In this document: piece after piece, positions 36,601 to 46,636 of the stretch
Layout: each line of letters opens with the position of its first letter
How positions within the stretch are numbered: the stretch's first letter is position 1
Assembly (NCBI GenBank): GCA_946402735.1
Contig: CAMIXH010000001.1
Coordinates: forward strand, 378,908-442,907
Direction: 5' to 3'
DNA: 64,000 bases
Origin: an uncultured Mycoplasmatota bacterium
GTDB lineage: Bacteria > Bacillota_I > Bacilli_A > RF39 > UBA660
Notes under the pieces: generated by a model
What the model saw: only the letters and a program-made list of their open reading frames with translations
Databases searched by the model: none
Told to the model about the DNA's origin: nothing
Translations under genes and position numbers: made by a program

Positions 36601-36625
36601 AAAAGATACTTTTAAAGTATCTTTT
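36601..36625. terminator. Palindromic terminator upstream of the GNAT block
   Basis: AAAAGATACTTTTAAAGTATCTTTT is a perfect palindrome with A/T runs on both sides. Confidence 0.65.
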
Positions 36626-36831
36626 TATAAATCAATAAATTTTAAAGGATCTTGCGTTTTACCCTTTTCCTTATCTTCTTTTAATTCTTTTTTGAATTTG
36701 ATTTCTTCTTCATTAACATATCCCATATGAATTACTTTCTTAACTAAATCTCTATCAAATACAGCCATATCATTTAGATTTAATAATCCCCATGGATATG
36801 TTATAGCAACATAATCGTAAACTTCTTCACT
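36625..36831 (-). pseudogene. Start-less 68-codon ORF, a possible C-terminal gene remnant (or a 47-aa sORF from ATG 36768)
   Basis: The open frame SEEVYDYVAITYPWGLLNLNDMAVFDRDLVKKVIHMGYVNEEEIKF.. is bounded upstream by TAA. There is no ATG, GTG or TTG before codon 22. It lies between two terminators. Confidence 0.3.
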
Positions 36832-36848
36832 TTATTTAATTCATTGTC

Positions 36849-36877
36849 AAATAAAAACAAGCATTTATGCTTGTTCT
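36849..36877 (-). terminator. Rho-independent terminator after the VanY-like gene
   Basis: AACAAGCAT / ATGCTTGTT stem spanning the stop codon, followed by a U-run. Confidence 0.7.
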
Positions 36878-37470
36878 TTACCCATTTTTAAAGTTAGTGA
36901 ATTTTTTAAATGATGCTCTTCTAAAGTAATGCCTTGTTCATATAAATTTATTGCAAGAGATACTCCAACATATCTATAATGCCATGGTTCAAAATTATAT
37001 CCTGTAATACTCTCTTTTCCTTTTGGATATCTTAGTATAAAACCATAATAATGTGCATTTTGAATCATCCATTTATATACATCACTTTCTTCAGTTATAT
37101 TATCATCATACACTCCATCATTAAGAACTGCTATATCAATAGCAAGACCGCTCTGATGTTCTGAAGTACCAGGTATAGCAACATATTCAAATGCGTAGTC
37201 CACTCCTTTTTCTTCACATATACTATCAAAGACCATTGATTGATAATCATATGATCTATATCCACTATCAATAATAATGTTTATTCCATCTTTTTTAGCA
37301 TCTTCTTGTAAACTACAAAATGCTTCATATACTTCTCTAGTAACACTTGGTTTTAAAGATGGATCTACATACTTATGAAAATTACCTTCATTATTATCAG
37401 TAACAACTAAGTCTTCTGGAACATAATTTTCATCTAGTGGATTATTCTTATTTATTAATGTATCTATCAT
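36865..37470 (-). CDS. M15-family D-alanyl-D-alanine carboxypeptidase (VanY-like)
   Basis: Motifs SGYRSYDYQ, GTSEHQSGLAIDI and EPWHYRYVG. It has an ATGA overlap with the upstream gene. Confidence 0.8.
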   Translation of the reverse strand: MIDTLINKNNPLDENYVPEDLVVTDNNEGNFHKYVDPSLKPSVTREVYEAFCSLQEDAKKDGINIIIDSGYRSYDYQSMVFDSICEEKGVDYAFEYVAIPGTSEHQSGLAIDIAVLNDGVYDDNITEESDVYKWMIQNAHYYGFILRYPKGKESITGYNFEPWHYRYVGVSLAINLYEQGITLEEHHLKNSLTLKMGKEQA

Positions 37471-38756
37471 ATACTAAGTACCCTCCTTAATTCTATATTT
37501 TCATTTATTCTACAATACTTATTATAGTATTTCTTTACTACATACATAAGCATTATTCTTTTTACTAATTCTATTTGATAATTATCAAAAGATTCTAAGA
37601 ACGATTTTGGTTTATTATTTATAACTGCTTCACCTTCACCATCAATTATTGCATTAACAAGTATACTATTATGAATTTGATTATGTAAATCAAATGAAGC
37701 TATTGAACCAGTCCATCCTTGAGCAGTAAAACTTTGATTTGAAAACTCATTTGGTGTATATGTCATAAGATGACCATCTGGGTGTTTTAAATATAATCCC
37801 ATATTACCTTTTACAGCACCAGGTATATTACCCATAGTTAATCTACTCATATGTTCTCTATTTAAAAATCTTCTTTCAAATAAACCATCTGCTAAATACA
37901 TTAAATCACTACTATTAGTAAATAATCCTGCATGTCCTTGCACACCATTAAACAATCTTGCTTTTGGATCATGAGGATATTGATTTGAATAACCATTACC
38001 ACTTACATTCTTGGTAGCAGGATTAAATCCTGTATTTTTTAATTTTAGGGGTTTAAGCAAAAACAAATACATTATTTGATCAAATGATAAATCTTGACCT
38101 AATTCTTTAGATATAACCTTACAAATTGTATCTTCTATTACCATAGAACCAAAATCATTATATTTAATAGTACTTCTATCATTATTTTTAACATATAATG
38201 TTTTTAATATTTGATATGCTTCCATTTCATCTTTAGCATCATTAATATTACCATTAGTTCTAATCTCACCATATAGCTTTATTAAATCATTTAGAGTATA
38301 ATCTTCTAATCCTTTAAAATCAGGATTTATATCTACAACTTTAGTATCTAAATCTATATAACCTAACTCTTCTAATTTAAATGCTAAAAGTAAAGTAAAT
38401 AATTTAGTAATACTTGCTACATCAAATATTGTATATAAATTCACTTTATCATCTTCAGTTCTAGATTTGTCTCCACCAACTAAAACATATTTAAAAGAAC
38501 CACTACTATAATCAGGTAAATATATTCCTGTCATAAGTCCACTAATAACATTAGTGTCATATCTATTCTTTACATTTAAAAACATGAAAGATAGATATTC
38601 TATTTCTTCACTAATGCTTTCTAATACTTCTTTTAAATCAATATCTTTTTTTATTTCAGCAATACTTCTATCTCTTAATTCTTTAAAATAAGAAATATTA
38701 CTACCAGAATTAACTAAATCAAATAATATTTTATCTATCATTTCATAATTAATCAT
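37467..38756 (-). CDS. Beta-lactamase-family serine hydrolase (class C / PBP4*-like)
   Basis: SxxK ASITKLF, YxN GYSNQY and HxG QGHAGLF. No signal peptide is evident. Confidence 0.7.
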   Translation of the reverse strand: MINYEMIDKILFDLVNSGSNISYFKELRDRSIAEIKKDIDLKEVLESISEEIEYLSFMFLNVKNRYDTNVISGLMTGIYLPDYSSGSFKYVLVGGDKSRTEDDKVNLYTIFDVASITKLFTLLLAFKLEELGYIDLDTKVVDINPDFKGLEDYTLNDLIKLYGEIRTNGNINDAKDEMEAYQILKTLYVKNNDRSTIKYNDFGSMVIEDTICKVISKELGQDLSFDQIMYLFLLKPLKLKNTGFNPATKNVSGNGYSNQYPHDPKARLFNGVQGHAGLFTNSSDLMYLADGLFERRFLNREHMSRLTMGNIPGAVKGNMGLYLKHPDGHLMTYTPNEFSNQSFTAQGWTGSIASFDLHNQIHNSILVNAIIDGEGEAVINNKPKSFLESFDNYQIELVKRIMLMYVVKKYYNKYCRINENIELRRVLSI

Positions 38757-38837
38757 GATTATCCCCCTAATAAAAAAGCGGTAATATTATAACACAAAAC
38801 GATTAAAAAGGCAATAAAAAAGATGGCTTATAACCAT

Positions 38838-40391
38838 CTATAAATCCATTTCATCTACATGAGCAAATGTATTAATTCTATTAATGATTGCTCTTCTTTC
38901 ATCAAGATTTCTTTGAACTAATACATCACCTGAAGTAGGACTTTCTTTAAATACAACTTTGCCATTTTCTACTCTTGGCCATGTTGCTCTTACAACTGTT
39001 TTATCTTCATCACTCAAAGAAGATATTTCTCTTAACTTTAAGCAATGAGATATAACTGATGTTATTTGATCTGGTTTTAATTCTTCATATTTATCAGTAT
39101 CTAAAAATCCAAATAGACATAAATCATCAATAGCAAGTTGTAATAAATCATATGTAATACCAAGATCATATATCATTTTACTATTCATATCAGTAACATC
39201 ATTATTATCACTTTTAACTTCTAATTCTTTAGTTTCTTCTTTTTCTTCTTCAACTAACGAATAAGTATTATCTTGTGATAATGGTTGATTCTTACTTGAT
39301 TCAACAGCTCTTTCGATTCTCTCTTCTAATTCTAAGTATTTTAATTCTTTTAATTCATTATAATATTTATCTATTAAAACTTCACAATATTTCATAAAGT
39401 CTTGCGCAAATATAATTACTCTATCATAATTTAAATTAACATGAGAATCACAATTAACAGGAGTATGATTTCTTTCTTCTAATACATATACTATTCTTTC
39501 TAATAATGATAGTATTTCTTCTACTTCTTGTTTTCTTTGTAATAAATCATATATTTGATTTGTGTTAAAATCTTTAGAAGCTATTAATGCTTGAACTCTA
39601 TCTCTTCCAATTAACATCATTTTATAATCTAGTAATCCAGATGTTTTACTCTTAGCATCTTCACCAAAACCGTCAGATAAATCTTTATTTTTATCTTCAT
39701 ATTTTGGATAATGATTAACATATAATTCTGAAATATAATCATTATTATATTTATGTTTTTTAACACCATGTTTAAAATCATCATATACTGCAAATAAATC
39801 TCTATTAGTTAAATCGTTATGTTTTTTTAATTCTGTTTCAATAACTTGAAATGCTTTTTGGACAAGATCTTGTTCAGTTGAAACTATATCATGTCTTGCA
39901 TTAGTAAGAAGGGTTTTTAATTTAGTAATTTTATCTAATATTCCCATTCTATCCACATCATCTGGTTTTGTATTTTTTTCATAATAATTTCTTACTTCAT
40001 TAAATAAAGTATATATTGAAGCATCTTCTATTGAAAACTCTTCACAGTAACCATAAGATAGTTTTCCAAGAACATATGGATTACTTGCAAAATCTAATTG
40101 TAGTACATTATCAAGAGCTTCTATTCTAGAATCGTATTCTTGTACTCTTTTTTCTAAACTAGCTTTTTTAATAAAATCTACTTTTATGTTTTTAAGTGAT
40201 AATTCTTCTCTTCTTCTAGCTAGTCTAATTTTATATTGATATGATCTAAGCAGAGCATATAAAATACTTTGTACTTTATTTAAATTTATATTATTAGTAC
40301 GATTTCTTAAGTAACCACTAGCAGCTTTAAAAGCGTCATCTCTATACTTCTTTTCTTGCTCTCTATAGTCTTTAATTAAATAGTCATCCAT
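38838..40391 (-). CDS. Hypothetical cytoplasmic protein (517 aa), helix/coiled-coil rich
   Basis: Long ORF with Shine-Dalgarno AAAGGAAAG. I see no recognisable motif. Confidence 0.5.
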   Translation of the reverse strand: MDDYLIKDYREQEKKYRDDAFKAASGYLRNRTNNINLNKVQSILYALLRSYQYKIRLARRREELSLKNIKVDFIKKASLEKRVQEYDSRIEALDNVLQLDFASNPYVLGKLSYGYCEEFSIEDASIYTLFNEVRNYYEKNTKPDDVDRMGILDKITKLKTLLTNARHDIVSTEQDLVQKAFQVIETELKKHNDLTNRDLFAVYDDFKHGVKKHKYNNDYISELYVNHYPKYEDKNKDLSDGFGEDAKSKTSGLLDYKMMLIGRDRVQALIASKDFNTNQIYDLLQRKQEVEEILSLLERIVYVLEERNHTPVNCDSHVNLNYDRVIIFAQDFMKYCEVLIDKYYNELKELKYLELEERIERAVESSKNQPLSQDNTYSLVEEEKEETKELEVKSDNNDVTDMNSKMIYDLGITYDLLQLAIDDLCLFGFLDTDKYEELKPDQITSVISHCLKLREISSLSDEDKTVVRATWPRVENGKVVFKESPTSGDVLVQRNLDERRAIINRINTFAHVDEMDL

Positions 40392-40433
40392 ATGTACTTT
40401 CCTTTCTATTATAATTAATTATATCATATTCTA

Positions 40434-41678
40434 TTAATCATTATATCCTAATATTTTAATTAATCTCTTATTTTGATAAATATAACCAAATACAGGATAA
40501 TCTTTTAAACCAGTTGTATTAGAATTAACTAATATATCAACTATTTTATTATCTTTCTTTATTACTTTAGATACAAATGTTGTATGGGAATAAGTTTTAT
40601 CTTTATATCCAACATGAATTATATCTCCTACTTCTGCATAATAAATATTAATATCTACTTCAGCACATAATCCATATCCATTATTATTTTTAGCGTAATC
40701 ATAGAAATAATATGTAGATACCCAAGAACCACTTCTTCCTTTTTTAACTTCTTTTTCATTCACTTCATCACTATAATACTTCCATTGATATTTGCCTTCA
40801 TAATCCATAGGAATGCCACCCTCATGTATAGATTGTGAAGCATAATTTGCACAATTACCACCTAAATTAGAATAATCTAAATAATCATCATTTCTACTAT
40901 CAACATACTTATATGAATATTCTAAAGCAGCATTTCTATCATAAGCATGATCACATATTTTATAACTAGAGTATTCTTTTTTATTAGCATTATCAAGTAA
41001 TGATTTATTGTTATTTGCTTCCTTCGCTATATAACTTAAATACTTATCATTTAATTCTTTTATATCATCTTTAGTAAAGTTTTTCTCTAATATATTAGTA
41101 AATATTACATAGTTATCTCTCTCTATTCTAATTGAATCAATAGTATATTTACCATTATCATTATTAAGTACTATTTCATTTTTTATATCAATTAATCTAG
41201 ATGTAATATCATCTAAATAATTAAAATTATAATAATCATCTTCTAAAAAAGTAATAGTTACTTTATCATCTTTAGTAGTTACATTTGTATATTCAATATC
41301 ATAATATGCTTTTTTTAATTTCATATCATTTAATTGCTTAGTATGATGAAATACTTGAGTATCAATAGTAGTTTGTGTTAAATATGCTTCAACACTATTA
41401 GAATCTGTAAATAAATCAGTAACATCCCTAGATTTCAAATTAACTAAAGAATCAGTATATAAATCTAAATACTTAACAATAACATTAGTCCATTCATCTT
41501 TAATAGTTTTATCACTGTTATTTACTATATTATTAACATATGATTTAGTTAATTCATCATTATCTATAACAATATCTTTATTATTCATTTTTACCAAAAT
41601 AAAAACTGCTAAAGCTATCATTATTAGCATAATAAATCTACGTCTGTTTCTTAATTTACGTTTTCTTTTCTTCGTCAA
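40434..41678 (-). CDS. Membrane-anchored protein with C-terminal putative amidase domain (Amidase_6-like)
   Basis: TTG start with AGGTGGA upstream. Basic N-terminus plus a TM segment. The C-terminus has YDRNAALEYSYKY, GGNCANYASQSIHEGGIPM, GSWVS and GDIIH..SHTTFV. Confidence 0.55.
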   Translation of the reverse strand: MTKKRKRKLRNRRRFIMLIMIALAVFILVKMNNKDIVIDNDELTKSYVNNIVNNSDKTIKDEWTNVIVKYLDLYTDSLVNLKSRDVTDLFTDSNSVEAYLTQTTIDTQVFHHTKQLNDMKLKKAYYDIEYTNVTTKDDKVTITFLEDDYYNFNYLDDITSRLIDIKNEIVLNNDNGKYTIDSIRIERDNYVIFTNILEKNFTKDDIKELNDKYLSYIAKEANNNKSLLDNANKKEYSSYKICDHAYDRNAALEYSYKYVDSRNDDYLDYSNLGGNCANYASQSIHEGGIPMDYEGKYQWKYYSDEVNEKEVKKGRSGSWVSTYYFYDYAKNNNGYGLCAEVDINIYYAEVGDIIHVGYKDKTYSHTTFVSKVIKKDNKIVDILVNSNTTGLKDYPVFGYIYQNKRLIKILGYND

Positions 41679-41710
41679 TTAATCCACCTACTTTATATAA
41701 TAATTTTATC

Positions 41711-41747
41711 ATAAAATAAAAAATACCTCAAATTAATTTGAGGTATT
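41711..41747 (-). terminator. Rho-independent terminator of murE
   Basis: AATACCTCAAATT / AATTTGAGGTATT palindrome around the stop codon, with a U-run. Confidence 0.7.
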
Positions 41748-43103
41748 ATCTTTTTCTATTATTTCTTTTACTACTTTCATATCATTATGAGGAATCTTTT
41801 GATCTTTTACTATTATGAATTCTTCATGTCCTTTTCCAAGAATTAATAATATATCATTATCTTTTAAATAAGACATTCCTTTTCTAATAGCTTCTTTTCT
41901 ATCTAGTTCTATTTCATAATTAGTATTTGTTAAACCGTTTAACATATCATCTATTATTTGACTTGCATCTTCATTATGTAAATCATCAATAGTAATAATA
42001 GCTTTTTTAGATAAATCTGTTACTATTTTAGTCATTATTGGTCTTTTAGTTCTATCTCTATCACCAGTACATCCAAATACTGTGTAAATATCAGCATCTG
42101 TCATTTCACGAGCAGTATTTATTATTTTACTAACAGCATCAGGTGTATGAGCATAATCTATAATAATAGAACTATTTTTATACTTAATAGTATTCATTCT
42201 ACCATCAGGAGTATCAATCTTGCTCATTACATCCTTATATTCATTATACTGTTTTCCTACTTCTTCTAAAAGAATTATTGATACTAAAGCATTATAAATA
42301 TTATGCTTACCTGGAATAGATAATCTAATTTCATTTTCTATTTCATTATGTTTAAACTTAAATATTGAATAATCTGGTTTTAATTCATAAGACATTATTT
42401 GATAATCACTTGTGTTCATACCATATGTAATCATATTAGGTTTAATATATTTAGTATAGTTTTCATCATCTATATTTAAAATAGCTACACCATTATCTTT
42501 TAGATTATCAAATAATATTTTTTTAGCATTAGCATAGTTTTCCATTGTCTTATGATAATCTAAATGATCTTGCGTTAAATTAGTAAATACAGCATAATCA
42601 AAAGATAAACCATTTAATCTACCACCATCTAATCCTTGACTAGATGCTTCTAAAACAACATACTCGCATCCCTTATCATATGCATCTACAAACATTTCAT
42701 AAAGGTCTGCTAAATCTGGACTAGTATTTGGCAGTGTTGATATTTTTTCGTCTATATAATATCCAATTGTTCCAATATATGCAGTTTTTATACCCAATTT
42801 ATTTAATGCTTTTTGAGTTATATAAGCAGTTGTAGTTTTACCATTAGTGCCAGTAATACCAATTAGTTTTAATTTATCAAATATATAAGAATAATCTTTT
42901 CTTAATGTTTCTTCTAAATACTTTCTAGTATCATCTACTATTTTATATGGAACACTATATTCTCCATGTTCAGCCACAATAAAAGAAGCACCATTTTCAA
43001 TAGCTTTATCTATGTATTTATGTCCATCATTAAGTTCACATTTAACAGCTACAAATGTATCACCTGGTTTAATTTTTCTTGAATCAGTTTTAATTGTAAT
43101 CAT
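41733..43103 (-). CDS. murE: UDP-N-acetylmuramoyl-L-alanyl-D-glutamate--diamino acid ligase (MurE)
   Basis: Motifs GITGTNGKTT, EASSQGL and GCTGDRDRTKRP. The position of the DNPR specificity motif reads DDLH. Confidence 0.9.
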   Translation of the reverse strand: MITIKTDSRKIKPGDTFVAVKCELNDGHKYIDKAIENGASFIVAEHGEYSVPYKIVDDTRKYLEETLRKDYSYIFDKLKLIGITGTNGKTTTAYITQKALNKLGIKTAYIGTIGYYIDEKISTLPNTSPDLADLYEMFVDAYDKGCEYVVLEASSQGLDGGRLNGLSFDYAVFTNLTQDHLDYHKTMENYANAKKILFDNLKDNGVAILNIDDENYTKYIKPNMITYGMNTSDYQIMSYELKPDYSIFKFKHNEIENEIRLSIPGKHNIYNALVSIILLEEVGKQYNEYKDVMSKIDTPDGRMNTIKYKNSSIIIDYAHTPDAVSKIINTAREMTDADIYTVFGCTGDRDRTKRPIMTKIVTDLSKKAIITIDDLHNEDASQIIDDMLNGLTNTNYEIELDRKEAIRKGMSYLKDNDILLILGKGHEEFIIVKDQKIPHNDMKVVKEIIEKDNTSN

Positions 43104-43151
43104 AATTCATACTTCCTTTTTATAACTTAAGTAAATTATATCATTATTTAC

Positions 43152-43183
43152 AAAATAAAAAAACTATATGTTAAATATAGTTT
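43152..43183 (-). terminator. Rho-independent terminator after the 465-aa membrane protein gene
   Basis: AAACTATAT / ATATAGTTT stem with a 5-nt loop and U-run. Confidence 0.7.
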
Positions 43184-44581
43184 TTATTTTTGTTTTATTG
43201 AAGTTATTTTATATTCTCTATCAAATGTACCTTCTACACAATCAAATGTCACTTCATATTTCTTACCAATTACTAAGCTTACATTTCTATCTGGATTGAT
43301 ATAATTCATTTCAAGTTTAATATTCTTTGAATTTACTAGTGTTAAAGGTATATATGTATAACCATTATCACCACTAAAACCAAATCCCTGAGTTCCAATT
43401 CCATTTAAAGTAAATGTATCAGTGTGAGTTCCTAATTTATATAATCCTAATTTTTCTATTAAATCATCTTCTGTTTTAAGATCAGTGTATTCTTCATTAG
43501 TTGCTTTATTGAAAAACTTAGTATCAACAATATATTTTTTACCACTTTTCTTTGCTACATAAACATTTACTTTAATACTGTCACTATAATTTCTACTAAT
43601 AGCAACTAATAATGTACCATTATCAGTAGCAACTGGATATTCCTCATTTCCAATTGTAAGAGTACAACTATCTCCCCAGCAACTATATCCATCAATTGTA
43701 ACATTTTCAAGTAATGTTCTATCTCCAGTAATTTCTTCTACTTTTGGAATCTCAGTTTCAGTATCAAAACCAAAATTACCAAGTTTTACATATTGAGCTA
43801 TTGCTCCACCCATTCCAAATATCAATAAAATTACTGCTAGTACAATAGAAATAATAATTTCTAGGAATATACCTAAGAATACTATTCCTACACTAGTTCC
43901 ACCTTTTTTAGAACAAATGTATTTTAATTCATCCATATCTTTATCAGGATTCAATTGTCTTATAATATTAACTTGTTTCTTAGCACGATTAACATATAAT
44001 TTATTTACTAAAAAACCAACTAATAAATTTACACCTATTGATCCAGCAGGTAGATTTATAACACTAAATAATAAAGCATTACCAATAAAGAATAGAAGCC
44101 CAAGACCTAACATCTTTCTATAGAATAAATAGCACCATGAAAAGAAGAATCCTGCAAAGTTAAATGTTTTTGTAGTAATCTTTTCACAATTTTTACCAAT
44201 ATATGCAAGAAGTAACAAATCATTATTTGTTTCTTGTAATTGTCGTTCATTTCTTGCTTCTTGTAATTTATCTTGAATATTCTCTACTTGAGGATTTGCA
44301 GCTTGAACATTTTGTATTTGAGGATTTTCTGGAGTACTAACCATCTCTTGAGTTGGTACTGCAGGCTCATTTTCTACAGGAATACTTACAGCAGGCTCAC
44401 TTGGAGCAGATATATTTTCAGCACTTGGTATTACAGGTACACTAGGTGTTACTGGTGCTTCAGGTGCTGGTGAACTAGGTATTTCTGGCATTGCTGCACT
44501 TGGTATCTCAGGTACTACAGGATTTGATGGTACATCATCAAAAGGCTGTGGTACACCAGTAGGATCATAATTATTATTCAT
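43184..44581 (-). CDS. Membrane protein: Pro-rich N-terminus, DUF2628-like TM region, C-terminal extracytoplasmic domain
   Basis: Pro-rich segment VPEIPSAAMPEIPSSPAPEAPVTPSVPVIPS, then FNFAGFFFSWCYLFYRKM and several TM helices. Confidence 0.55.
   Translation of the reverse strand: MNNNYDPTGVPQPFDDVPSNPVVPEIPSAAMPEIPSSPAPEAPVTPSVPVIPSAENISAPSEPAVSIPVENEPAVPTQEMVSTPENPQIQNVQAANPQVENIQDKLQEARNERQLQETNNDLLLLAYIGKNCEKITTKTFNFAGFFFSWCYLFYRKMLGLGLLFFIGNALLFSVINLPAGSIGVNLLVGFLVNKLYVNRAKKQVNIIRQLNPDKDMDELKYICSKKGGTSVGIVFLGIFLEIIISIVLAVILLIFGMGGAIAQYVKLGNFGFDTETEIPKVEEITGDRTLLENVTIDGYSCWGDSCTLTIGNEEYPVATDNGTLLVAISRNYSDSIKVNVYVAKKSGKKYIVDTKFFNKATNEEYTDLKTEDDLIEKLGLYKLGTHTDTFTLNGIGTQGFGFSGDNGYTYIPLTLVNSKNIKLEMNYINPDRNVSLVIGKKYEVTFDCVEGTFDREYKITSIKQK
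44282..44554 (-). repeat. Low-complexity Pro/Glu/Ser-rich coding repeats
   Basis: Iterated (V/M)PEIPS / APxxP units and NPQ(I/V)(Q/E)N(V/I)Q duplicates. Confidence 0.5.
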
Positions 44582-44651
44582 AATTGCCTCCTAATATAAA
44601 CTCCCCTATTTTACATTAAAAATTATAACATATTATTTTTTTTATCACAAT

Positions 44652-44680
44652 AAAAAATCTTATACAAGATAAGATTTTTT
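44652..44680. terminator. Hairpin terminator after the lipoprotein gene
   Basis: AAAAATCTTAT / ATAAGATTTTT stem with a 5-nt loop. Confidence 0.7.
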
Positions 44681-44689
44681 AATATTTAT

Positions 44690-45484
44690 TTAGTTACTAT
44701 TTTGTGTTCTAACAAGTCTACGTTGACCATTTTTGTCATATTCGTAAGTCTTGTATTCTCCACTATCATAGAATGTAATTTGATTATTAATTTTAACTAT
44801 TAATGAAGATGGAACACTAACTACTCTTAATACTTCATTTGTAGTTTTATCAACTATAATAAGATCAATAACTGAATCAATCTTATTAGCCCACACACCA
44901 TCTTCAAGATAATCTGATTCTAAGAATCTTTTTTCAGTTATTTCACCTGATGTATAATATCTGTTTCCATATATATAACCTTGAATAAATGTTTCATTTT
45001 GACCTTCTATTTCATTGATACCAAAATATGATTGAGTATCGCTTATTGGAAAACCTAACATTTGAGAGTTATGAATTCTATCATCCATAGAATCTTGTTT
45101 AATACCATCAAATGCAGCTTTAGTTGAAACTATGGTTGTATCAACATGAATATTATCAATATAAACTTCTAAGTTTTCTGGTAAACCTTCTGTTTTAATT
45201 TCCATAAATAATTTTTTATTAGCATTGATAGACCATTTTTCTTCACCACTTAAATAGCTAATTAATAGTTTGAATTTCTCACCATTAACATCTACTTTTT
45301 GAGTAACTCCTCTACTAAGTGATTTTCCACTTTGCTCATCATTAGTATCAAGTACATCTAAGTAACTAACATCTGGTGCTAATTCTGTTTGCATACATCC
45401 AGATAGTGCAGAACATAATACTAAACATGATCCAGCAAGTGCCAATCTTTTTCTTAATGATATGTTTTTTCTATTGTCTTTCAT
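44690..45484 (-). CDS. Lipoprotein of unknown function (264 aa)
   Basis: Signal peptide with lipobox LSGC (LALAGSCLVLCSALSGC). Shine-Dalgarno is GGAGGGGG. Confidence 0.7.
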   Translation of the reverse strand: MKDNRKNISLRKRLALAGSCLVLCSALSGCMQTELAPDVSYLDVLDTNDEQSGKSLSRGVTQKVDVNGEKFKLLISYLSGEEKWSINANKKLFMEIKTEGLPENLEVYIDNIHVDTTIVSTKAAFDGIKQDSMDDRIHNSQMLGFPISDTQSYFGINEIEGQNETFIQGYIYGNRYYTSGEITEKRFLESDYLEDGVWANKIDSVIDLIIVDKTTNEVLRVVSVPSSLIVKINNQITFYDSGEYKTYEYDKNGQRRLVRTQNSN

Positions 45485-45533
45485 AAGATCCCCCTCCTCT
45501 TCTTAAAGACGATGTATATTATACCATAAATCC

Positions 45534-45560
45534 AAGAAAAAAGCAAGTTTTCACTTGCCT
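45534..45560 (-). terminator. Rho-independent terminator of mraY
   Basis: GCAAGT-GAAA-ACTTGC followed by TTTTTTCTT on the minus strand. Confidence 0.65.
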
Positions 45561-45563
45561 TTA

Positions 45564-46556
45564 TTACATCCATACACCATAGTAGATAGCTACCATTCCC
45601 ATCATAAATCCAGCTATCAAAAACATCTTTACAATATCTGTTTCTTGCCATCCCAATTTCTCAAAATGATGATGAAGTGGAGCCATCAAGAATATTTTAT
45701 GCCCAAATTTATTTATTGATATTATTTGTATTATTGAACTTAGTGTTTCTATTACAAAAACACCACCTATTAATGCAAGAGATAACTCGTGTTTTGTAAG
45801 AATAGCTATTGCTGCCATTGAAGCACCTAGTGCTAAAGAACCTGTATCTCCCATAAACACTTTAGCTGGATGTGTATTAAATACTAAGAAGCCTAAAAGT
45901 GATCCAACTAATACAAATGAGAAAATAGCCATTTCTGTATATCCATTAACCCATGTAGTACCCCAAGTAATAATACCAAAACTTAAGAATGCTACTAGAG
46001 ATAGACCTCCAGCTAAACCATCAAGTCCATCTGTTAAATTAACTGCATTAGATGATCCAACAAGTAAGAATAAAATAAATATTCCATAGAACCATTTTAA
46101 ATCTATATCAATCCCTAAAGATGTAATAATTAAACGAGTATCTCCTCCACCACTCATATATATATAGAAAAATACTAATGCTATTAAAACTTGTATAAAC
46201 AATTTCTGTGTAATAGTTAAACCATCATTATCTTTATTTCTAATCTTTAAAGCATCATCTAAGAAACCTAATAAAGCATAAGAAATAAATACAAATATTA
46301 ATATTAAAAAATTATGTGTTATTTCTAAACTACCTCTAATATATAGTACTAATAATACTATGAGAGATGGAATTATAAATATTAAACCACCTAATGTTGG
46401 TGTTCCATTTTTAGCAGAATGTCTAAATGCAGTAAATGAACTAATAGTTTGCTTCAAATTAAATTTTTTTAGAATTGGTATTATAAATAATCCAAATACT
46501 ACAGATATAAAAAATCCTAGCATCAATCCTAAAATACTTTTTGCTAATATTAACAT
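45564..46556 (-). CDS. mraY: Phospho-N-acetylmuramoyl-pentapeptide transferase
   Basis: Motifs GTPTLGGL, NAVNLTDGLDGLA, MGDTGSLALG and PLHHHFE. Confidence 0.95.
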   Translation of the reverse strand: MLILAKSILGLMLGFFISVVFGLFIIPILKKFNLKQTISSFTAFRHSAKNGTPTLGGLIFIIPSLIVLLVLYIRGSLEITHNFLILIFVFISYALLGFLDDALKIRNKDNDGLTITQKLFIQVLIALVFFYIYMSGGGDTRLIITSLGIDIDLKWFYGIFILFLLVGSSNAVNLTDGLDGLAGGLSLVAFLSFGIITWGTTWVNGYTEMAIFSFVLVGSLLGFLVFNTHPAKVFMGDTGSLALGASMAAIAILTKHELSLALIGGVFVIETLSSIIQIISINKFGHKIFLMAPLHHHFEKLGWQETDIVKMFLIAGFMMGMVAIYYGVWM

Positions 46557-46636
46557 AATGCCCCTCCTAGTAATATTATACTTTATATATTGGTTTTAAT
46601 TTAGATAATTTTGTATTTTTATGTAAACTTTTTGTC

